From assembly GCA_028686735.1 (NCBI GenBank), contig JAQUBO010000002.1, forward strand, positions 1 through 54,169: DNA of 54,169 nt, written 5' to 3'. Source of the stretch: Bacteroidales bacterium. Its GTDB lineage: Bacteria; Bacteroidota; Bacteroidia; Bacteroidales; ML635J-15. Made by a program: the position numbers and the translations under genes. Each line of letters starts with the position of its first letter. Positions within the stretch are counted from its first letter, which is position 1. Of the stretch, positions 47,619 to 54,169 are shown piece by piece. The notes beneath the pieces were generated by a model. The model saw only the letters and a list, made by a program, of their open reading frames with translations. It made no database searches and was not told where the DNA came from.

Positions 47619-47760
47619 TAAAATTCCGCATATTTAATGAGAATAGCATGTTTTTTTCGGTATTTGTGTTTTTGTGATAATTAAATTCGTATATGTCAAA
47701 AATTCAAAATAACTATTGTTGTTTGATTCATTGCATTTTACAATATAGTTTTCCCGTTAC

Positions 47761-47809
47761 TGTTCACAATTTGGTTTTCGAGTTACTTGAAAGCCAATAT
47801 TTGTGAACA
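47761..47809. promoter_or_regulatory. Imperfect inverted repeat upstream of the P-type ATPase gene (possible operator or stem-loop)
   Basis: TGTTCACAATTTGG (47761..47774) and CCAATATTTGTGAACA (47794..47809) are near-perfect reverse complements separated by about 19 nt. They lie about 145-210 nt upstream of the candidate ATPase starts. Confidence 0.3.
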
Positions 47810-48005
47810 AAACTAGATTTATAATTAAATAATTGATTTTTGACCATTGTGGAATTATTTAGGTACTAAAATGGATATACATTTAAAAGTAAATACCGAC
47901 AAGTGAGATTAAGGTGTTAGCATGTTGCATTAAATGGTTGTAAAGGAGTCGCAAAGCGATTTATTTATAATATATTTCTTGTTGTTGAAATACTGTATTA
48001 TCAAT

Positions 48006-48276
48006 TTAACCCGCATTATTCATCGCATCATTCATGGTTTGCTTATAATAAGCTGTTAATCAGTAGATTGGCAAGGTATTTATGGTTTTATTATTAGCCA
48101 ATTTTTGAGAAAGCTTACAATTATCTTTGTGCATCTGCTTCGTTGCGAAACTCTTGAACCTTTAGCTCACGAACACCTATAAATAAAAAAAAAATGTGAG
48201 TAAATATAAGGATATATCTGCAAGTTTCGACGCCTACCAGCTACACAAAGCTAATCGTATGAATAATGCGGGTTAA
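48006..48276 (-). mobile_element. MITE-like non-coding element, copy B (271 bp), inverted relative to copy A
   Basis: It has the same 18-bp termini, TTAACCCGCATTATTCAT ... ATGAATAATGCGGGTTAA. Its right-hand ~76 nt are identical to the reverse complement of the left end of copy A. The interior is about 90% identical by eye, and the most divergent stretch is near 48025..48070. Confidence 0.8.
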
Positions 48277-48384
48277 TTATGCAAGGAATATTATGTCCCT
48301 ACCGGATATTTAACACTCTGTTATCTGTAAAATTAAATACTAAGTATGTAGTTGTAAATATACTTGTTTGGCTGGGTTAGTAGC

Positions 48385-49119
48385 TCACTTCTTCAGGCTT
48401 GCCTTGCTAAAAATATATTCTGGTATTTCAGGATTGAAATTTATTTCTAAAACAACAAAATCTGTTCCTTCGCCATCTTTTAGCATATCTTTATAATTCA
48501 TTTTTGTAGGGTACCATCTGTCGTCAATTTTTTTGATGTCTGACAATACGACTTTTTTTAGTAATTGACCACTTTTTGCATACAACTCTTCTTTAAGTGG
48601 CACATACCTTTCTGTGTCAATCCACATTTTACGGCTATTGTAAGTAGCATCATCAACTTTTGCTTTCAAAAAAATCACAGTCGTTTCTCGTTTATCAATT
48701 ACTTCTTCTCCTACAATTTCAGCATTGTACATGTCTAAAAGTTTTCGATTTTCCATCATATCCTCATAGGAAAGGTCTGAACCCATGAGTGATTGTTTTA
48801 GCATGTGTCCTGAAAGTTGAATTGTACGATCGGTAGATGGCGAATATATCCATAAGTAATCGTCTAATTTAAGCATTTTTGTGCCCTTTTCGCGTTCGGG
48901 TGCAAGGTATTCAGAAAACGATTTATTATTACCTTCTGAATAACCGATTGATGTAACAGTACGGCTTTTTCTTCGTCCATGAATAATCATATCAGATTTT
49001 GTGATATTTGTTTCTGAATTCATGTTTGCATCCACCTTATTAATAATGGTAACTGCATCTTGCGCTTGTATTTGTGTTATACTTAACACGGACAATATTA
49101 TTACAAATAAATTTTTCAT
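48385..49119 (-). CDS. LolA-like outer-membrane lipoprotein-sorting-type protein
   Basis: 244 aa with a signal peptide. The LMGSDLSYEDM motif and overall pattern are typical of the LolA_like family that accompanies FtsX/MacB-type ABC systems. Confidence 0.75.
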   Translation of the reverse strand: MKNLFVIILSVLSITQIQAQDAVTIINKVDANMNSETNITKSDMIIHGRRKSRTVTSIGYSEGNNKSFSEYLAPEREKGTKMLKLDDYLWIYSPSTDRTIQLSGHMLKQSLMGSDLSYEDMMENRKLLDMYNAEIVGEEVIDKRETTVIFLKAKVDDATYNSRKMWIDTERYVPLKEELYAKSGQLLKKVVLSDIKKIDDRWYPTKMNYKDMLKDGEGTDFVVLEINFNPEIPEYIFSKASLKK

Positions 49120-49145
49120 TGTTTATTATGTTTTAAATTTAATAA

Positions 49146-50420
49146 TTAGACTTCTAATTCCTTAAAAAGTGTTGCTGTTTCTCGCTTATATATTCCAATT
49201 CCGGCGAGCATATTACCAATAACCATAGCAATAACCCCAGGAATAAACCCAATGTATAATAACTGAGGAGTGAATTTAGACCTTAACACAGATGGCATCA
49301 TCATGCTTGCATCTTTCAGCATTCCGCTAATGTCAATACCATGGGTTTGCATTAATAATGTAACTGCAATTCCTATTATTGTCCCCACGATAGATCCAAT
49401 AATTCCTATAAGCACTGCTTCGTAAATCATCGTTTTGTAAATGTGTCCTTTTGTTTCACCAAGTGCTAATCTAATGCCAAACTCCTGATATCTGCGTAAA
49501 CCACCAATAAGCCCAGTGTTCCAAAGCACAATGGACATAATTAGTATAAAAACAAATACAAACATGCCAGTTATGGAATCTACTAAAGCGAGGTATGTTC
49601 CCATTGTATTTTGCTCTGCTAATGATTTCATTATTGGAGCAAATTCGTCGGTATCATCTGCATATTCTGCATTGAATGAGTTAGCCGTTTCACGTGCATG
49701 GTCTTGTAAAAATATTTCGTCTTTATAAAAGCCTAATACTTCACCAGTGCCATTTTCCATGTCAAGAATTTGTTGCGCATCGGTAAAATCGATTATTATT
49801 GTTCCTTTATCCATTGCAGTTGAGCCAAAGCGAACTGTTCCACTTACTTTAAATACTGCGAAAGCCATGCTTCCGTTCATGGTATTGCCCATGAAGGTTA
49901 ATTCATCGCCAATTTTGGCTCCTAATTTATCGGCAAATTCGTAACCTAAAAGAACTTCACCACTTTTTTCAGGAATTTTTCCACTTAATAAAGAGTTGGC
50001 AAGATTCATTCGCTCAGCTTCTCCACTATTTTCAGAAAATAGTTCTATTGCCATGCCCATTGCAGGTCCTTGTCCTTTTGAGTCGCCATTTTCGTCGGGA
50101 GCATCAATAATACCCCCAAAATTAATGCGGTTTACCCATTTATAATCAGGATAATTTGCATTCAGCTTTTCATGTAATTCGTCAATACCTAACAACGCAA
50201 GGTCATTTGGTGACTGGTCAATATTTTCAGCATAAGCTTGTGACATTACTTTAACGTGACCGGTTTGAAAGCGTGCGGTTTGTTCAATCATATCGCCCAG
50301 CATACCATTGATATACCCACTAAGAGCAATGGTGAGAAACACACCGAGTGCAACTACGATTACGGGAAGGAGACTTCTGTTTTTGTCTCTTAATATTGCT
50401 TTAAATATAAATTTTATCAT
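49146..50420 (-). CDS. FtsX/MacB-type ABC transporter permease
   Basis: 424 aa. An N-terminal TM segment is followed by a large periplasmic domain and three C-terminal TMs, with the FtsX motif RRYQEFGIRLALGETKGHI. Confidence 0.8.
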   Translation of the reverse strand: MIKFIFKAILRDKNRSLLPVIVVALGVFLTIALSGYINGMLGDMIEQTARFQTGHVKVMSQAYAENIDQSPNDLALLGIDELHEKLNANYPDYKWVNRINFGGIIDAPDENGDSKGQGPAMGMAIELFSENSGEAERMNLANSLLSGKIPEKSGEVLLGYEFADKLGAKIGDELTFMGNTMNGSMAFAVFKVSGTVRFGSTAMDKGTIIIDFTDAQQILDMENGTGEVLGFYKDEIFLQDHARETANSFNAEYADDTDEFAPIMKSLAEQNTMGTYLALVDSITGMFVFVFILIMSIVLWNTGLIGGLRRYQEFGIRLALGETKGHIYKTMIYEAVLIGIIGSIVGTIIGIAVTLLMQTHGIDISGMLKDASMMMPSVLRSKFTPQLLYIGFIPGVIAMVIGNMLAGIGIYKRETATLFKELEV

Positions 50421-51574
50421 GATATTTTTCCTTTTAATGCGTTAACAAGATTCATTTTTGAAATTTTTCGAGCTGGAAGAAAACTTACCAGGGTTGCGGA
50501 AAAAACTAATATCAATAGTGTTCCCAAATAAAGTGCTATACCAAAAGATGGATAAATAATGTTAGCCATTCGTGCTCCAATATCATCGCCAAGATTACCC
50601 AAATTAATTCCATGGTTTGCTGTATAATAAAATAGTGGAGTGCCTAATATCACACCAATAACACCTGCAAAAATACTGTACATAGCCCCTTCAACCGTAA
50701 ATATTTTAAGTACTTGATATTTTGTCATGCCTAATGCGATATAGGTTCCAATCTCTCTCTGTCTTCTGAAAATTGATAGCACTTGTGTATCGAAAATAGC
50801 TAATAATCCAAGAGCTAAAAGCACTAAGTAAATAACCATTGAACCAATACGTTCTGCCTGAACTGCTGAATTAAAATCCTTAAGCAGTACATCTAAACTT
50901 TTAAATTCCCATCCAGCTATTTGTTTTTGTTGATATTGCTCGTTTGCAATGAATAATGTTGCTTCATTTTCTAATTCCGTAAGCTCCCAAAGCTTATCAA
51001 TAGACATCCAAATTTGTCCAATATCAATGCTTGAGACATCACTATCAAAAATTCCGGAAACTGTAATTTTGGATGCATCGTAGGTGCCATTTTTATCACG
51101 CCAACGAAGTAAGATATTATCATCGACATTTAGCTTTGAAGCTTCTGCCATACGTTTACCGATTAAAACAGGTATATCAGCATCGCTTTTTTCCAGTATT
51201 TTAATTGGTAAATTAATGACATCTTGATTTAAGGGAACGCCCTTTATAATAGTAGGGTTCATTCTGCCATTTGGATAAATTGTTGCTTGCTGAATTAAAA
51301 CAGGAGTTAAGTTTTTACTGTCAGATTCTGATAATTTACCATGGGCATCTGTAATTGTAAAAGCGTCATAAGGCTCATAGTCAGCATGATGTAATTGACC
51401 TTGTCCGAACTCCCAATTTTCAGCATCTAAACGACCTTGTTTTTGCCAACCATTTATAAATCCATTATAAAACACAATGACGATGAAACAAAAAGCAAGT
51501 ACACTTACATTGAGCCAAGTTCTTGTGCCAGCTCGTATTAAGTTTTTGAATGCTAAGTTAAATGCTATTCTCAT
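50417..51574 (-). CDS. FtsX-type ABC transporter permease (tandem paralogue 2)
   Basis: 385 aa. FRRQREIGTYIALGMTKYQV and C-terminal FLPARKISKMNLVNALKGK. It has 4-nt overlaps with both neighbouring genes. Confidence 0.8.
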   Translation of the reverse strand: MRIAFNLAFKNLIRAGTRTWLNVSVLAFCFIVIVFYNGFINGWQKQGRLDAENWEFGQGQLHHADYEPYDAFTITDAHGKLSESDSKNLTPVLIQQATIYPNGRMNPTIIKGVPLNQDVINLPIKILEKSDADIPVLIGKRMAEASKLNVDDNILLRWRDKNGTYDASKITVSGIFDSDVSSIDIGQIWMSIDKLWELTELENEATLFIANEQYQQKQIAGWEFKSLDVLLKDFNSAVQAERIGSMVIYLVLLALGLLAIFDTQVLSIFRRQREIGTYIALGMTKYQVLKIFTVEGAMYSIFAGVIGVILGTPLFYYTANHGINLGNLGDDIGARMANIIYPSFGIALYLGTLLILVFSATLVSFLPARKISKMNLVNALKGKIS

Positions 51575-52728
51575 TGTACCTTTCCTTTTAATGCTTCAAC
51601 CGGATTCATGCGGGCAATTTTTCGAGCTGGTAAAAAGCTGACAATAGTTGCCGATAATATAACAACAAGTATGGTTCCGAATATTAGACCGATACCATAA
51701 ACCGGGTACATTCTTTCGGACATGATAATACCCATTTCTCCACCATCTGCCCCAAATGAGATCCCTATTTTAGAAAGATACCACATTAAAGGAATGCCAT
51801 ATATAGCTCCTAAAACAGTTGCAAATATACTATACATTCCACCTTCGGCAGTAAACATTCGTACTACTTGCCAACGGGTCATGCCCAATGCAATGTAAGT
51901 TCCAATTTCTTTTTGTCTTCTGAAAATAGAAAGTACCTGAGTGTCAAATATTGCAAGTAAGCCTAGGGTCATTAATATTATATAAAAAATACTACCTCCA
52001 ACTTTTTTTGCATTAATTAATTTGGTTTGTTCTCGCATCAGGTATTCCTGATCTTCGAAATTCCACCCCGAAGTTTTTGTGTGTTCATACTGTTCATTTG
52101 CCACGAAATAAGTTGTTCTCTCTTGTAATAAAGTTAGTTCACGCAGTTTATCAATTGACATCCAAATTTGTCCACCATCAACAAAAGGAACAGTGGTTTC
52201 AAAAATACCTGCAACTTTTACCATTGCAGCATCATAAGTTCCATTCTTATCCCGCCATCGCAATAAAAACTCATCGCCTATTTTAACTTTTGCCGACTCA
52301 GACATTCGTTTACCAATAATTACCGGAATTTCTGCTTTGCTATCCTTTAGTAGCTGTGTTGGCAATCGCAAAACGTCCTGATTTGAATCAATGCCTTTTA
52401 TACGAATAGACATCATTCTGCCGTTAGGATATATGTTTCCTTGTTGAATAAGAATAGGAGTTAAATTTTCTTGTTTCGATTCAGCCAATACTCCATGTCC
52501 ATCTTGAATTGAGAATGCATCATATTGATCATAATCTTCATTGATTAAATGACCATAACCATATTCCCAATTTATGCCATCTACTTTGGCTTGTTGATTC
52601 CAACCGTCAATTAAGCCGTTGTAGAAAATAATTACGACAAAGGCAAATGACAATACACCTGCATTAAGCCAAGTTCTTAACCCGGCGCCCATGAGGTTTT
52701 TATAAGCTAAATGAAATGCAAGTTTCAT
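51571..52728 (-). CDS. FtsX-type ABC transporter permease (tandem paralogue 1)
   Basis: 385 aa. FRRQKEIGTYIALGMTRWQV and C-terminal FLPARKIARMNPVEALKGK. It has the same length as the next gene and aligns with it without gaps. Confidence 0.8.
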   Translation of the reverse strand: MKLAFHLAYKNLMGAGLRTWLNAGVLSFAFVVIIFYNGLIDGWNQQAKVDGINWEYGYGHLINEDYDQYDAFSIQDGHGVLAESKQENLTPILIQQGNIYPNGRMMSIRIKGIDSNQDVLRLPTQLLKDSKAEIPVIIGKRMSESAKVKIGDEFLLRWRDKNGTYDAAMVKVAGIFETTVPFVDGGQIWMSIDKLRELTLLQERTTYFVANEQYEHTKTSGWNFEDQEYLMREQTKLINAKKVGGSIFYIILMTLGLLAIFDTQVLSIFRRQKEIGTYIALGMTRWQVVRMFTAEGGMYSIFATVLGAIYGIPLMWYLSKIGISFGADGGEMGIIMSERMYPVYGIGLIFGTILVVILSATIVSFLPARKIARMNPVEALKGKVQ

Positions 52729-52730
52729 AA

Positions 52731-53435
52731 TTATATGGATTTTGCTGTTACTATTTCATCTTTTGCAACTTTTCCGTCTTCTAAATGAATTAAGCGATTT
52801 AAGTATCCCATTACTTTCTCATCGTGTGTGGAAAATAAGAAGGTTGTTTTAAGTTCTTCGTTTAATTTTTTCATTGTTTTAAGAATCGCATGTGCATTTT
52901 TTGCATCAAGGTTGGCAGTGGGTTCATCGGCAAGCACCAATTTAGGGCGTTTTACCATAGCACGAGCAATTGCAACGCGCTGACCTTCGCCACCAGATAA
53001 TTTAGAAGGTTTTTTATTTGCCATTTTTTCTAAACCTACCCACTCCAATGCTTCCATAACCCTTTTTTTTCTTTCAGCAGCAGGACGATTTTGCAAAACC
53101 AGCGCAAATTCAACATTTTCAAATACAGTATATACAGGCAATAAATTGTAAACCTGAAATATAAATCCAATGTATTTGTTTCTTACTTGAGCTGCTTCTT
53201 TATGTGAAAGACTTGAAATTTTATTACCTAAAACGGTAGCAGTTCCTTCAGTTGGAGAATCAAGCGTGCCAAGAATGTTTAGTAACGTAGTTTTACCTGA
53301 TCCGCTTGGTCCAATAACTCCTGAAAACTCGCCAGTTTCAAAACTAAGATTAATATCATCTAAGGCGGTAAATTCTCCATCTCCGACCGGGAAACGTTTT
53401 ACTAATTTTTCTGTTGTAATAATTTTTTCTGACAT
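52731..53435 (-). CDS. ABC transporter ATP-binding protein (LolD/MacB-type)
   Basis: 234 aa. Walker A GPSGSGKTT, Q-loop IGFIFQ, signature LSGGEGQRV and Walker B LVLADEPT. Confidence 0.9.
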   Translation of the reverse strand: MSEKIITTEKLVKRFPVGDGEFTALDDINLSFETGEFSGVIGPSGSGKTTLLNILGTLDSPTEGTATVLGNKISSLSHKEAAQVRNKYIGFIFQVYNLLPVYTVFENVEFALVLQNRPAAERKKRVMEALEWVGLEKMANKKPSKLSGGEGQRVAIARAMVKRPKLVLADEPTANLDAKNAHAILKTMKKLNEELKTTFLFSTHDEKVMGYLNRLIHLEDGKVAKDEIVTAKSI

Positions 53436-53447
53436 AATTTCAATTTT

Positions 53448-54169
53448 TTAATGATTATAAACAAGCATTAATCTGACTCCTGGCCCTGAGAAAGAATTTT
53501 CATATTGAACACTTCCAATGCCTGATTGGTTATTGGGATTATAATAAGCCATTACATAACCCACCAGTTTTTTAAATTGATGTTCGTAATTGATAAAGAA
53601 AGATAGATCTTCGGATTCCCATGAATAATATACCATAGCACTTATATTATCGAAAAAACCCAAAGGGTAGGCAATTGATGCAGCACTTACGTTTGAGTTA
53701 TTCTCAAAATTAAATGCTTTTTCATCTAAACTTGCTATCAAATGTTCTAAAGTTACACTTAAACCACTACCAATTCCAAAAGTGTAATCTGTACCAAAGG
53801 TTAAATACATTTGGTTGGTAAGCATGCTTACATTTTTTGTTTTATTAATGTAAGCTGCCTCAAACCATAAGCCTACTTTAACATCCCATTTCCCATCAAT
53901 GGCAAAGCGATTTTCTGGAATATTATCATAATTAGGGAATTCTTGGATGGTTTTTGAATTGGCATTTCTGTGATGGTAAGTTGCTGCTATTTCTCCTCTT
54001 GGAACAGGATATTGTATTCTTCCGCCAAATTCGGGTATGGATTTGTTATTTTTTAAGACTTCAAAACCTCTTTGATTTTCGTTTCCATAAAGCATCCATG
54101 CCCATATATTGGAATTGTTTAAAAAATAATATCTTCCTAAAGCAGCATAAACACCAGTTGTGAATTTCA
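53448..54169 (-). CDS. Beta-strand-rich (barrel-like) hypothetical protein, 5' end beyond the window
   Basis: The listed ORF (53448..54095) stays open upstream in frame to the window edge (..KFTTGVYAALGRYYFLNNSNIWAW-MLYGNE..), so the gene is partial. It has an alternating aromatic/aliphatic strand pattern and Gly/Tyr-rich turns. It is the first visible gene of the ABC operon. Confidence 0.5.
   Translation of the reverse strand, partial: KFTTGVYAALGRYYFLNNSNIWAWMLYGNENQRGFEVLKNNKSIPEFGGRIQYPVPRGEIAATYHHRNANSKTIQEFPNYDNIPENRFAIDGKWDVKVGLWFEAAYINKTKNVSMLTNQMYLTFGTDYTFGIGSGLSVTLEHLIASLDEKAFNFENNSNVSAASIAYPLGFFDNISAMVYYSWESEDLSFFINYEHQFKKLVGYVMAYYNPNNQSGIGSVQYENSFSGPGVRLMLVYNH

Overview
This is an AT-rich chromosomal segment. 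Spot counts of single 60-nt lines give about 17-28% G+C in ordinary genes. It very probably comes from a member of the Bacteroidota. Three cargo proteins end in type IX secretion (T9SS) sorting domains, signal peptides are often followed by Gln, TAnnTTTG -7-type boxes precede several genes, and DUF2723 and S46 DPP7-type genes are present. The window mixes housekeeping genes with accessory material. Housekeeping: serS, ruvC, lptB, Fe-type sod, tryptophanase, tRNA-Val(TAC), a SulP permease and a wzm/wzt-like ABC pair. Accessory: (1) a Dam-family methyltransferase coupled to a truncated ORF at the left edge. (2) A protease-rich secreted cluster: a multidomain C10 cysteine protease, then a two-gene unit encoding a 253-aa exported beta-rich protein and an exported WD40-repeat caspase (C14). 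(3) Decayed IS66 and IS200/RayT-like transposase remnants next to tRNA-Val. (4) On the other side of the tRNA, a four-gene restriction-modification (RM) cassette: an XRE-like gene without a start codon, an m5C MTase, an m6A MTase and an HNH nuclease. (5) Two roughly 90% identical, oppositely oriented copies of a 272-bp MITE-like element with 18-bp perfect terminal inverted repeats. (6) A P1B-type ATPase gene with clearly anomalous high GC, bounded by a 23-bp tandem repeat and a MITE copy. (7) A tightly coupled six-gene minus-strand operon: barrel-like protein, ABC ATPase, three FtsX-type permeases including a tandem paralogue pair, and a LolA-like protein. The most novel-looking candidate is the exported partner plus WD40-caspase pair. 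Its layout resembles cytoplasmic gasdermin/caspase conflict operons, but both products carry signal peptides. No CRISPR array, integrase or intact transposase was seen. All coordinates of motifs, repeats and hairpins were counted by hand, and no database search was possible.
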